DNA of 64,000 nt, from contig CBDCXM010000009.1 in assembly GCA_965223855.1 (NCBI GenBank), positions 128,001 to 192,000 on the forward strand, written 5' to 3'. Below, piece after piece: positions 28,946 to 39,106 of the stretch. Source of the stretch: Candidatus Multivoradales bacterium. GTDB taxonomy: Bacteria; Acidobacteriota; Thermoanaerobaculia; Multivoradales; JAHEKO01. How positions within the stretch are numbered: the first letter of the stretch is position 1; every line of letters starts with the position of its first letter. A program made the position numbers and the translations under genes. Under the pieces are notes generated by a model, which saw only the letters and a list, made by a program, of their open reading frames with translations, was not told the origin of the DNA and searched no databases.

Positions 28946-31900
28946 CTACGGCAACTCGACGGCGGGGTCGCCCGTGACGCCGTAGGCGTAGAGCATCTCG
29001 ACCGGTCCGCCCTCGAGACCGAACTGGCCGGTCGTGGTGAGGAAGATCTCACCGAGCGTCGCACCGGGCGAGTCCTTCAGCGCCGTAGCGTAGAGGACGT
29101 TGAGGCGATGGGCCGCGCCGCCGAACGAGATGCCGCTCGGCGACCAGACGGCGATCGCTCCACCGTCGGCGTCAGTGACGAGCGCCTCGGCCACCGACTC
29201 GACCATCGGGATGTCCGACCGGCCGGCGATGCAGGTCAACGCCGAGACCACCGGGAGACGATCACCATTGGCGAGCAACTCCATGTCGTGAATCCCGAGC
29301 ACGTTCTCGGCGGCGAACTGCGTCACCCCGGCATGGCCGACGTAGTTGACGAGCTGAGCACCGTCGTTCCACGCCGCCTGGAGAGCCGCACGGGCATCCG
29401 CCGTGGTCATCTCCTCGAGGTGGATCGAGGTCTGCTCATAGCTCGGCCACAGGCCGGCGATCGTGTTGCTCTCGCTGGTGAACTGGCCTGCCGCGTCCGG
29501 GTTGTCGGCGACGAGGATCGCGCGACCCTGCCACGGGCCGGACGAGACGTCGTACGCCTCGACCTTGTCGTTGTAGGCGGCAAACTCGTCGCTGCTGACG
29601 ATCGGCAGACGACCGATGGCGACTTCCGGCACCGCATCGTCACCGACGAGGTCGGCGAGGATGTTGTCGGAACCGACGAGACCGTACGGAGTGCCGACCA
29701 GCACGATCGGCAGGAAGCTGTCGCCGTTGCCCTGCAGGTCGCGCGGATCGAACGTCCCGCGGCCGGCGAGCACGACATAGCGCGGCGCCTCGATCCAGTT
29801 CGCGGTCGCGTAGTCGAGCAGCTCATGGATCGCCCACGGGGTGACGATTCCGTCGCTGAAGGCGTCGTAGACGTCGGTCAGCGAGACCGCCATCGACGAC
29901 AGACCCTGACCGTTGCGATGCACCGCCAACCGTTCGGCTTCGCTCATCCACTCGGCGGGCGCAACGACCAGATGCTCGACGGCCAGGCTGCTGTCGAGCA
30001 GATCGACGGCCGGGACGACCGCGCGCAGGCCGCTCACCGGCCGTGCCGACGGGAAGGTCGTCACGAAGTACTCCTCCTCGCCCTTGCCGGGAGTGAAGCT
30101 CGCCTGCACACCACCGGGACCGAACTCGGCGCGCACGTTGCGCACCTCCTTCGGCGCCGCCGGATCGGAGATGTCGAGCACCGCGACGTCGACGGAGGAG
30201 AGACCCTCGATCGTGACGACGGCATTGCCGTCGGCGCGAGCGACGAGAGCGTCGTCCACCGCCCGGTAGAAGCGCGGGTAGTCGAGCTCGAAGCGATCGA
30301 TGAAGAAGATTGAAGCGGTCGAGCCGTTCTCCAGCGTCCCTTCGACCTCGAACGTCGTCGTCGCACCGAGCAACGCGGCGTCGAAGGCGAAGGTCGCCTC
30401 GTGGCGCTCCTTGCCGCTCCAGGCGGTCGTGCCGACCTCGGCCCCGTTCACCCGCAGCGTCGCCGAGTGATCGAGCGCGGCCGGTCCGTTGGTGCCGCCC
30501 TTGAGGGCGACGGTGATCTCGGCCTGGCCGGTCGCGCCGTCGGGCACCGTGACCTCGAAGCTCCGCGTGTTGTTCGTCGAGGCGGCGTTGATGCCGTCCC
30601 AGAACCACGGATCCGCTTCGGTGATCACGGTCGTGTTGATCACCGGCAGCAGGTCTTCCTCGAACCGCTCGATCGACTGGAAGATGCCGCCCGGTGCCGG
30701 CGTCGGGTAGTCGTTCTCCACCCTGCCGACCCGGACACCGCGCTCGTCGAGCGTGACCCGGTAGACGTTGTAGCGGGTGTAGAGACTGTCGATCGCCTCG
30801 CCGTAGAAGTAGAGACCGTCGCCCTGGCGCCCCTCCGGGATCCAGGAGATCCGGCGGCCCTGATTCTCGACCGCCACCATGCCCTGCATCAGCAGCCTGC
30901 GGACTCCGCTCTCGCGAACGCCCGAGGCGGCCGCCAGCTCGGCCGCGGAAACTCGGTAGAGACCGGTCTCCTCGACGTCGACCTGCAGCACCTGAGAGGT
31001 CGGCGGCTGGCCTGAGCCGATACCGCGGAGGCTCCGATCATCGTCCTTGCGAACGGCGGCCGCGCGGGCTGCCGTCATCCGATCGGCGAAGCGCTCGGAG
31101 ACGTTGGGCATCGCAATCGCGCTCTCCTCGAGAGTGGCGCGCTCGCCACGGCGGCCCAGCTTGACGTCGTACGGACCGTAGAGCTGACTGCCACCGTCCG
31201 CCTGGTGCTCGACGATCAGGTAGCGCAGCGTGTCCGCCAGCGGCGCACGCTCGTCCGCCACCCGGTAGACACCGCCCTGCGGCGCGCCGACGAGAGCGGG
31301 CACGAGCCCGTCCGTGACCGGCACCCAGTCGCGGAGTTCCGCGTCGCGCCGCAGCACTTCGAAGCCGGCGGTCAACGCTTCGTAGCCCGTCGAGAACTCG
31401 AACACCACCGAGCCGCCGTCGTCGTAGGCGGTCACCGAAGTGATGAGCGCAGCGGTGATCGCACGCAGACCGGCATCGACCGTCGTGTCGACCTCGCCGG
31501 CGGTCATCGTGATCGGTGGATCGGTCGCCACCGGAGCGAGGCCTTCGTTGGTGTCGCTCACCTGCTCGGCATCGCTGTCGATCGTGTCGTCACCACCGGC
31601 GAGGTTCTCCGGCGTGAAGTCCTCGAAGCCGGCGGGCCGGATGAACAGCACCCGGTAGTCGCCCGGCGGCAGGCCGGGGAACTCGTAGATGCCGTTGGCG
31701 TCGGTCACCGCCTCGATATTGGCGCCGAGGGCGTCGGTGATCGGGGCGAAGGTGATCGGGTCGACCAGCTGCACGGTGACGTTCGGCACCGGCGGCTCTT
31801 CGTCGCCCGTTCCGGGCAGGCCGTCCGTGCCGAGCGGCTCGTACTCGCCGTCGCCGTCGATCGAGTCGTTCCACACCAGGTTGCCGAGGGTCGAAAGCAC

Positions 31901-34900
31901 ATAGTCCTCGACCTCGCCCGTCGTGGCCGAGCCGGTCACGGCGTCGCCACCCTGGCCGACGGCGGTCGTGATGCGGAAACGTGCCGCCATCACGCCGGTC
32001 GCACCGGCAGGGACGCTCGCGATGTTGATGATGTTGTTCGGCCCGGCACCCGCCTCGACGTCGAAGTTCGACGCGATCTGCTCACCCGCGTCGGCGAAGT
32101 CGCCGTCGGAGTTGAAGTCGATCCAGGCGTTGAGGATGCCGACGCCGTCGGCGTTCGTCCCGGTCGTGGCGCCGCCGGTGATCTGGATGTCGACCGAGGC
32201 GCCCGGGTGGACCGGATGGAGGAAGACGACGCCGTCCTCGTCGTCGCCGTTGAGGTCGTTGTCGTCACCGAGGGCGTCGAAGGTCGGCTGACCGTCGGTC
32301 TCGGTGTCGGGCGCGGTACCGAGGAACACGTTGCCGACCGAGGTCGTCTCGTGGTTGGCACCGTTGTTGGCCGAGAGCGTCGCGTACGGCCCGTCCGGCA
32401 GATCGCCCCAGTCGAACTCGAGGGCGCGGAAGCCGAAGTCGTAGGTCGCTTCGACGTCGTTCTCCGTCGTCGGGTCGGCGGCATTCACCGTCATGTCGGT
32501 GATGCCCTGCGTCGCGAAGGCGTCGACGCCGGCGGGGTCGTCGGAGTCACGGTTGTCGTCCGCGTTGCCGTTGACGTCCGTCATCGTCGACGGACCGACG
32601 CCGGCAAGCGCCACGATGTTGTCGGCGTCCGCGAGGTCGATCGAGATCTCGTAGGTCGGCTCCGGCGCCACGCCGTCACCGTTGTAGTCCTCGTCGGCGA
32701 GCAGGTTCTGGAACGCATAGGCCCCGGCCGTGTCGGTCGTCCGGATGAGCGTCACCACCGTGGCGTCGGGATAGGTGATCGTCAGCGTCACCTCGACGTT
32801 CGGGATGCCGGTCGGATCGGTCGGATCCTGCAGACCGTTGAAGTCGTTGTCGATCCACACCCGGTTGCCGAGCGCCGCCAGATCGACGTAGTAACCGAAG
32901 TCGACCGTCAGCACGTCGGGCGTGCCCGGCGTCAGCGTCACTCCGTAGGTGTCCGACTTGCTGGTGTCGTCGACTGCCTGGCTCTGGTCGCCCAGGGAGT
33001 GCCAGTAGCCGCCGAGCATGTCCATCGTGTCGGTGACATCCACGACGTAGTCGTAGCTGCCGCCGCCGTCGTCGACCGGCAGGTTCTGGAACAGGTAGTT
33101 GCCGTTGGCGTCGGTGACCGTGGAACCGATCTTCGGTTCGCCCGGATCGACGAGGCCGTTGCCGTTGGCGTCGTAGTAGAGGTCGAGTGTCTTGCCGGGG
33201 AGGCCGGGCTCGTCGTCGTCGTTGCCGGGGATGCCGTCCGGTCCGTTCGGGCCGTCGTTGATGCCGTCGGCGTTGGTGTCCTGCCAGACGAGATTGCCGA
33301 TCGAGCCGCTGGCACCGGCCGGCACGTAGCCGAAGTCCTGATCGAGGTCGATCGGGCCGGTCGTGTTGAGGTCGACGCCCGAGAGGCTGTCGTTACCACC
33401 GTCCGGATCGACCGAGTTGGTCAGGCCCGGGGGCAGAGTCGTCGTATCGACCTCGACCATGTAGGTCTCGGCCGGATCGAGGTTGCCGAAGAAGTAGTTG
33501 CCGTTCTCGTCGGTCACGGTCGAGGCGATCAGCACCTCATCGCCGTTGTTCGGGATCCCGTCGGGGTCGGTGTAGAGATTGACCGTCACCCCTTCGATGC
33601 CCTCGCCGTCGTCCGGCGCGCCGTTGGCGTTGGCGTCCAGGAACACGGTGTCGCCGATGCCGCCTTCGCCCGGATCCTGCGTCGGATCGGTGTAGCCGAA
33701 GTCCTGATCGAGATCGACCACCGGATTGGGGTCGGCGCTCGTCGGATCGAGCGAGACCGCGCCGGCGCCGTCTTCGTCGCCGTTGCCCGGCACGCCGTCG
33801 TCATCCGGGTCGCCGGTATTGAGCTGACCGTCGAGGATGTTGTCGGTGTCGGTCACGCAGACGACGTAGTTGCCGTCCGGCACGCCGTCGAAGAGGTAGT
33901 TGCCGTTCGCGTCGGTGATGTCGGAAGCGACGATCGGTTCGTCGTCGCCGCCACCCGGTACGCCGTCGTTGCCCAGCGGCTCCCAGATGCCGTCGCCGTC
34001 GAGATCGAGCGCCAGCTTCACGGTCACACCCGGGATACCGGGCTCGCCCGCGTCGAGGACGCCGTCGCCGTCGGTGTCGCTCCACACCGTGTCTCCGACC
34101 GTGTTGTCTTGGTCGGCCGGCGGCTGGTAGCCGAAGTCGGCGTTCAGGAACACGTCGCCCGGGCCGAGGATGATCGGATCGGTCGTCGTGTTGTCCGGGG
34201 CGCCGGCCGGCTGGCCGAAGTCGTCCGGATCGCCGGTCTGGGTGTAGCCGGCAGGCGGCGTCACGGTGACCGTGCACGCACTCGGCGTCAGACCGTCGAA
34301 GAGGTAGTTGCCGGTGGCGTCGGTCGTCGTCGAAGCGGCGACGTCGTCACCGGTGCCGAACTCACCGTCCGGTCCGGCGCACAGCAGATCCACCGTCACG
34401 CCGGCGAGTCCGAGCTCGTTCGGATCCTGCACCCCGTCGCCGTCGGCGTCGATCCACACCTTGTCGCCGATCGCCGCCGTGTTGGTGCCGCCGTTGACGT
34501 CGGTGTCCGGGTTGTAGTTGTAGCCGAAGTCGGCGGTGAGGTTCTCCTCACCCAGGCCGGCGGTCACCGGGTAGCCGTTGCCGCTGTGGTCCTGGTTGCC
34601 GAAATCGGAGGTCGGGTTGGTCGACGGAGTCGTTTGCGTGAGCCCTGCGGGAAGCGTGTTCGCCGTCGCGTCGGTGCCGTCGAAGACGTCGACGAAGTAG
34701 GCCGCGCTCGGCAGCAGGCCCGGGAACAGGTAGCCGCCGGCCGTGTCGGTCGCGGTCGTCGCGACGACCGTGTCGGGCACGCCGTCGCCGTCGGTGTCCT
34801 CGGAGAGCTGGACTACCGCGTTCGGAATCCCCGGCTCACCGGCGTCCTGCAGGCCGTCGGAGTTCTCGTCGACCCAGACGTAGTTGCCGATCGCCGCCGG

Positions 34901-37900
34901 CGGGACGCACAGATCGACCCGCGTCAGACCACCGCTCGTCGGGCCACCGATGCGCAGCTGCGAGACGCCATCGGTGTTGACGACCACGGTCTCCACCGAG
35001 TTGTCGCCGAAGTCGGGGATCGTCGGAACGCTGCTCAGCAGGTTGCCTGCCGCGTCGCGCGACTCGACATCCCACTCGGAATCGTCGATCACCTGAACGC
35101 CGGAAATGTAGATCGGCGTCGCGAAGTCGATCGTGAAGAAGCCGCCGGTGCCGTTGTCGTCCGGGTCGCTGGCGTCGCCGTCCTCGCTGATGATGAGGAT
35201 GTTGTCGAGCGCCGTGCAGTTCTCGCCCGCCTGACCGACCTCACCGCCGGTGCCGACGCCCGGCAGGGTGCCGTTGTTGAGACCGTCGTCACAGGTGTCG
35301 TTGGGCGAAGCGAGGTCCGGATCGCCGCCCGAGGCGACGTTCGAGTCGAAGATCATCAGCGGGCCGGTGCCGCCGCCGTTCACGCTCTCGAGCGCGAAGG
35401 TGACGCCGATCGCCGCCCACTGGTTGTCGACCGTCGCTCCGGAGGCGATCGACACGTTGGCCGCGTCGCGCTCGAAGTCGATCGTGTAGGGAACGCCCGT
35501 CTCGCAGATGAGCGACTCGGGGATGAAGCCGGCGTCGACCGACGTGTCGTTCGTGCCGACACCGACGATCACGTCGCCCGTGATCCCGGTCACCGGATCC
35601 GCGTCGCTGTCGGTCAGGTCGCTGCCGATGTTCTGGAGCGTCGGGTCGAAGCTTGCCGGCTCGACGAATTCGAGCCGGTAGGTGCCGGCCGGCAGGCCGG
35701 GAAACTCGTAGCTGCCGTCGAGCGCCGTCGTGGTCGTGATTGGCACGCCGTTGGCGTCGAGCACCGGGTTGTTGGCGCCGTCGAGCAGGTTGACGATCAC
35801 GCCCGGCAGGCCGGGCTCTCCGGCGTCCTGGATGCCGTCGCCGGCGGTACCGCCGCCCGCGCCGTTGTCGATCCAGACGAAGTCGCCGATCGCGCCGAGC
35901 ACGTAGTCCTCGACCTCACCGGTCGAGGCCGCACCGGTCACGGCGTCGCCGCCCTGTCCGGCGGCGTCGGTGATGCGGAAGCGGGCCGCCATGGTGCCGG
36001 TCGCGCCGGCCGGAACGGCCGCGATGTTGATCGTGTTGACGCCCGAGGCGATGTCGAGGTTGGCGGCGATCTGTTCGCCGGCGTCGGCGAAGTCGCCATC
36101 CGAGTTGAAGTCGATCCAGGCATTGAGAATACCGATCCCGTCGGCTCCTCCGCCGGTCGAGGCACAGCCGGTGACCTGGATGTCCGCCGCCGCGCCCGGG
36201 GTGAGCGGATCGAGGAACACCACTCCGTCCTCATCGTCGCCGTTGACGTCGGTGTCGTCCCCGGTCGCCGTCGCGTTCGGCTGGCCGTCGGTCTCCGAAT
36301 CGGGATCGGTGCCGATGCAGGTGTTGCCGACGCCGGTGATCTCGTGGTTCGGGCCGTTGCTGGCCGCAAGCGTCGCGTACGGGCCATCCGGCAGATCGCC
36401 CCAGTCGAACTCGAGGGCGCGGAAGCCGAAGTCGTAGACGTGACGGTTGTTGCCCGCACCCCCCGTCGTCACCGGGGTGATCGAGAAACCGGCGAGGATC
36501 GTCGAGTCGCCGTCGGAGTCACGCAGGTCGTCGTTGCCGTCGCCCACCGGGGCGGCATCGAGCAGTGTCGGGTTGAAGCCTGCCAGCGCTCCCTGCGTGG
36601 TGTCGACCCGCAGACAGTAGTTCGTCTCGTACTGGAGGCCACCGGTCACGTTTGCGTCGGTGAACAGATACTCCCCATCTCCCGCGGTGACGGTCGAGCC
36701 GACCTGAGTCTGATCGCCGGTCGTGCTGCAGTCACCGTCGGTGTCCTCGAGCAGGACCACGGTGACGCCGTTGAGCCCGGCCTCCAGTGGATCCTGAACG
36801 CCGTCGGCATCGCCGTCGTTCCAGATGCGGTTGCCGATCTCGAGAGGCGCCGGATCGCACAACCCCTCCACATCCCCGAGACCGCCCGCCTTGCCGAAGG
36901 TGTCGGGGTTCGATCGCAGGAAGAGCCGATACTGGTTGTCGCGCTCGCCGTCGGAGTGGCGGTACCAGTGCATTCCGCCGCTGAAGACATCGACACCCGC
37001 TGCGCTGTTGAGCGGGTCGTACACCGAAAGCGTCAGGTCGTCGTTGATCGGCACCTGGAAGAGACCGGCGAGAATCACCTCGTCGTGGATACCCGTCAGC
37101 GCATCCTCGAAGTAATACTCGCCATTGGCCGGCCCCTGTCCCGTTCCGGCCCCGGCCGTCGCCGTGCCACCGCAGCTCGCGTTGGCTTCGAGCGTCCACC
37201 CGGCGCCGTTCGAGCAGGCTCGCAGCAGGTCACCGGCAGCGTCGCCGCGCAGGAGCGTAGTGTTGCCGTTCGTGTCGTAGTCCGGGTCCGGCTCGTTGTC
37301 GTCGAAACTGGACTGATGGCCGAATCGATCCATGAAACCGAGAAGCAGGTCACCCTCGTCGAAATCGATGTCGAGCAGCCACGGCTGGGGGTACGCGCGC
37401 TCCGTCCCGAAGACGGGACCGAACACATCCGCGTAGTCGTCCGACCACGGCTGCCACTCGGCCTGAATCGAGCCGCCGGCTCCGGCATCCACAACGATCC
37501 CGCGAACGTAGTCGAGGTCCATCTGGAAGACCGGTGCACCGGAGAACGTGTCCGTGTCCGGATCGAAGGTGTGCACGTATGCCACGAGATCCGCGATCGT
37601 CGGGCCGTCACAGACCTGTCCGACGTAGACCAGACCGTCCTCGAAGGCCACCGCACCAGGACGCAGATTCCCGGTGCAAGCCGGCGTCGGCAGCGCGAAC
37701 TCGGTCGCCGTCGTCGGGGCGCTCGCCTGAACGGGAATCTCGATCAGCGTGTTCTCGAACAGGTTGGTGACATAGAGAAACGACTCGTCGTCGGCAATGT
37801 CCATGTCACCGAGAGAGATCTTGCCCACCTCGGCGTACGACGCTGGGTCGTAGGCCCAGCAGGTGTCGTTGTCGTTTGCGTTGCCGCAGGTGTCGGTCGG

Positions 37901-38767
37901 CTGAGGATGAGGATCTCCGCCGCCTCCCACGGTCGAGATTCCGGCCACGCTGTCCAGGTCGAGATACAGCGACACGGTCGGCGTTCCGGAAGCGTCGTCG
38001 ATCCGGTAGATGTGGCCGGTCTCGCCGAAGTTTCGGAAGCCGCTGTGGCGTTTCATGAAGGACGCGGCAAACAACGAGTCCGTAGTTCGCTGATAGGCGA
38101 GCCCCCAGGTCGTCCCGATCTGGGCACCTCGCGCGACCTCGGTCGGCGTCGGCACATCGACCGACCCGGCGTCACAGACCCCGTTGAGGTCTTCGTCGGC
38201 GCAGCCGGCGTTGTAGGGGAAGGAGACCAACACATCCTCGCCGGCAGCGGTGAAGACAGTTTGATCTCCCTTGAGATAGCAGTTCACCGCCAGCGTGGGG
38301 TCCGACTGGCAGTACTGTCCCGGGTTGGTCACGCCGAAGTCGACGCCCGTAGCGCCGTTAGCGGCGAAGACGACCGAGGTGTTGCCGGAGCCGCTCAGGC
38401 TCGCGCCGGGCTGGAAGTGATTGAGCGCCGCCGGGATGATGAACTCGACCCGGTAGTTGCCGGCGCCGAGGGTGAGGTTGTAGGTGCCGTCCGCTGCGGT
38501 GACGTCGCTGTCGACCGGGGTGTTGCCGCCGGCGAACGCCTGGACCGTGATGCCTGCGACGCCGGACTCGATGCCGCCGTCGTTGACACCGTCGAGATCG
38601 ACGTCACGAAACACCGTTCCGCTGATGTCGGCCGCGACCGGCGCCGCGAGCAGGGCGGCGGCAATCCAGCCGCACAACAGTGCCCTCCGCCTCGTCGACG
38701 CCGCCTTCTCCGACAGTGCGGTCCCAGGCGAACGCTCCCCCTTGCGATCAGAACTCAATAGACGCAT
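28946..38767 (-). CDS. Giant secreted Asp/Gly-rich surface protein: ~10 SdrD B-like repeats, 2 GEVED domains, C-terminal PorU/C25-like cysteine peptidase
   Basis: Signal peptide (AAALLAAPVAA-D); repeated IG(N/D).VW.D.D.DG.QD..EPG...V.V.L...TD..G.Y.F...DFG; two WIDFN.DGDF.D.GEQ...GEVEDY units; C25 motifs YVVLAG, PEVAIGRLP, NYVGHAG, ALTC, GGAIA, GDP; GAGGGAG RBS before ATG 38767. Confidence 0.9.
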   Translation of the reverse strand: MRLLSSDRKGERSPGTALSEKAASTRRRALLCGWIAAALLAAPVAADISGTVFRDVDLDGVNDGGIESGVAGITVQAFAGGNTPVDSDVTAADGTYNLTLGAGNYRVEFIIPAALNHFQPGASLSGSGNTSVVFAANGATGVDFGVTNPGQYCQSDPTLAVNCYLKGDQTVFTAAGEDVLVSFPYNAGCADEDLNGVCDAGSVDVPTPTEVARGAQIGTTWGLAYQRTTDSLFAASFMKRHSGFRNFGETGHIYRIDDASGTPTVSLYLDLDSVAGISTVGGGGDPHPQPTDTCGNANDNDTCWAYDPASYAEVGKISLGDMDIADDESFLYVTNLFENTLIEIPVQASAPTTATEFALPTPACTGNLRPGAVAFEDGLVYVGQVCDGPTIADLVAYVHTFDPDTDTFSGAPVFQMDLDYVRGIVVDAGAGGSIQAEWQPWSDDYADVFGPVFGTERAYPQPWLLDIDFDEGDLLLGFMDRFGHQSSFDDNEPDPDYDTNGNTTLLRGDAAGDLLRACSNGAGWTLEANASCGGTATAGAGTGQGPANGEYYFEDALTGIHDEVILAGLFQVPINDDLTLSVYDPLNSAAGVDVFSGGMHWYRHSDGERDNQYRLFLRSNPDTFGKAGGLGDVEGLCDPAPLEIGNRIWNDGDADGVQDPLEAGLNGVTVVLLEDTDGDCSTTGDQTQVGSTVTAGDGEYLFTDANVTGGLQYETNYCLRVDTTQGALAGFNPTLLDAAPVGDGNDDLRDSDGDSTILAGFSITPVTTGGAGNNRHVYDFGFRALEFDWGDLPDGPYATLAASNGPNHEITGVGNTCIGTDPDSETDGQPNATATGDDTDVNGDDEDGVVFLDPLTPGAAADIQVTGCASTGGGADGIGILNAWIDFNSDGDFADAGEQIAANLDIASGVNTINIAAVPAGATGTMAARFRITDAAGQGGDAVTGAASTGEVEDYVLGAIGDFVWIDNGAGGGTAGDGIQDAGEPGLPGVIVNLLDGANNPVLDANGVPITTTTALDGSYEFPGLPAGTYRLEFVEPASFDPTLQNIGSDLTDSDADPVTGITGDVIVGVGTNDTSVDAGFIPESLICETGVPYTIDFERDAANVSIASGATVDNQWAAIGVTFALESVNGGGTGPLMIFDSNVASGGDPDLASPNDTCDDGLNNGTLPGVGTGGEVGQAGENCTALDNILIISEDGDASDPDDNGTGGFFTIDFATPIYISGVQVIDDSEWDVESRDAAGNLLSSVPTIPDFGDNSVETVVVNTDGVSQLRIGGPTSGGLTRVDLCVPPAAIGNYVWVDENSDGLQDAGEPGIPNAVVQLSEDTDGDGVPDTVVATTATDTAGGYLFPGLLPSAAYFVDVFDGTDATANTLPAGLTQTTPSTNPTSDFGNQDHSGNGYPVTAGLGEENLTADFGYNYNPDTDVNGGTNTAAIGDKVWIDADGDGVQDPNELGLAGVTVDLLCAGPDGEFGTGDDVAASTTTDATGNYLFDGLTPSACTVTVTPPAGYTQTGDPDDFGQPAGAPDNTTTDPIILGPGDVFLNADFGYQPPADQDNTVGDTVWSDTDGDGVLDAGEPGIPGVTVKLALDLDGDGIWEPLGNDGVPGGGDDEPIVASDITDANGNYLFDGVPDGNYVVCVTDTDNILDGQLNTGDPDDDGVPGNGDEDGAGAVSLDPTSADPNPVVDLDQDFGYTDPTQDPGEGGIGDTVFLDANANGAPDDGEGIEGVTVNLYTDPDGIPNNGDEVLIASTVTDENGNYFFGNLDPAETYMVEVDTTTLPPGLTNSVDPDGGNDSLSGVDLNTTGPIDLDQDFGYVPAGASGSIGNLVWQDTNADGINDGPNGPDGIPGNDDDEPGLPGKTLDLYYDANGNGLVDPGEPKIGSTVTDANGNYLFQNLPVDDGGGSYDYVVDVTDTMDMLGGYWHSLGDQSQAVDDTSKSDTYGVTLTPGTPDVLTVDFGYYVDLAALGNRVWIDNDFNGLQDPTDPTGIPNVEVTLTITYPDATVVTLIRTTDTAGAYAFQNLLADEDYNGDGVAPEPTYEISIDLADADNIVALAGVGPSTMTDVNGNADDNRDSDDPAGVDAFATQGITDMTVNAADPTTENDVEATYDFGFRALEFDWGDLPDGPYATLSANNGANHETTSVGNVFLGTAPDTETDGQPTFDALGDDNDLNGDDEDGVVFLHPVHPGASVDIQITGGATTGTNADGVGILNAWIDFNSDGDFADAGEQIASNFDVEAGAGPNNIINIASVPAGATGVMAARFRITTAVGQGGDAVTGSATTGEVEDYVLSTLGNLVWNDSIDGDGEYEPLGTDGLPGTGDEEPPVPNVTVQLVDPITFAPITDALGANIEAVTDANGIYEFPGLPPGDYRVLFIRPAGFEDFTPENLAGGDDTIDSDAEQVSDTNEGLAPVATDPPITMTAGEVDTTVDAGLRAITAALITSVTAYDDGGSVVFEFSTGYEALTAGFEVLRRDAELRDWVPVTDGLVPALVGAPQGGVYRVADERAPLADTLRYLIVEHQADGGSQLYGPYDVKLGRRGERATLEESAIAMPNVSERFADRMTAARAAAVRKDDDRSLRGIGSGQPPTSQVLQVDVEETGLYRVSAAELAAASGVRESGVRRLLMQGMVAVENQGRRISWIPEGRQGDGLYFYGEAIDSLYTRYNVYRVTLDERGVRVGRVENDYPTPAPGGIFQSIERFEEDLLPVINTTVITEADPWFWDGINAASTNNTRSFEVTVPDGATGQAEITVALKGGTNGPAALDHSATLRVNGAEVGTTAWSGKERHEATFAFDAALLGATTTFEVEGTLENGSTASIFFIDRFELDYPRFYRAVDDALVARADGNAVVTIEGLSSVDVAVLDISDPAAPKEVRNVRAEFGPGGVQASFTPGKGEEEYFVTTFPSARPVSGLRAVVPAVDLLDSSLAVEHLVVAPAEWMSEAERLAVHRNGQGLSSMAVSLTDVYDAFSDGIVTPWAIHELLDYATANWIEAPRYVVLAGRGTFDPRDLQGNGDSFLPIVLVGTPYGLVGSDNILADLVGDDAVPEVAIGRLPIVSSDEFAAYNDKVEAYDVSSGPWQGRAILVADNPDAAGQFTSESNTIAGLWPSYEQTSIHLEEMTTADARAALQAAWNDGAQLVNYVGHAGVTQFAAENVLGIHDMELLANGDRLPVVSALTCIAGRSDIPMVESVAEALVTDADGGAIAVWSPSGISFGGAAHRLNVLYATALKDSPGATLGEIFLTTTGQFGLEGGPVEMLYAYGVTGDPAVELP
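31900..36437 (-). repeat. Intragenic duplication of a ~540-bp GEVED module (copies ~31900-32444 and ~35900-36437)
   Basis: Identical peptides YDFGFRALEFDWGDLPDGPYATL, NGDDEDGVVFL, GILNAWIDFNSDGDFADAGEQIA, GEVEDYVL, with long identical DNA runs. Confidence 0.85.
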
Positions 38768-39106
38768 GACGACTCCCTCGATGTGATGCAACCCCTGGCT
38801 GATACGCGGTGCCGCCTCCCTGGGGCGGCACACCCTTCGATTTCATGGATCCATCCCAGTGTAAAAAGTCACAACCGGATCACGAACTATCTCACCCGAA
38901 GACGCACCTTGTCCAGAAAAGAAGTCACGGCGGCGGGGGTCCGAGAAGCGCCTTTCCGGCATCGTCGGGGCGAGCCTTCGAGGCCCCTTTCGACGACGGT
39001 CGAACCCGGTTCTCGGGCGCTACCCCCGTGCCACGACGCCGGCCGTCTCCGAAGCGGCGGCCCCGTGCCCGGCGGCGTCTCGCGCCTCTTCCCGTCGGGG
39101 GCCCGA

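Noticed and set aside
31205-38761. 2518-aa ORF on the + strand opposite the giant gene
   Set aside because: Antisense shadow ORF caused by high-GC codon bias; Arg/Val/Gly-rich with no motifs, while the - strand gene has clear domains.
38858-38873. CRP/FNR-like box upstream of the giant gene (TGTGA-N6-ACACT on -)
   Set aside because: Second half-site matches only 3 of 5 positions; insufficient without conservation data.
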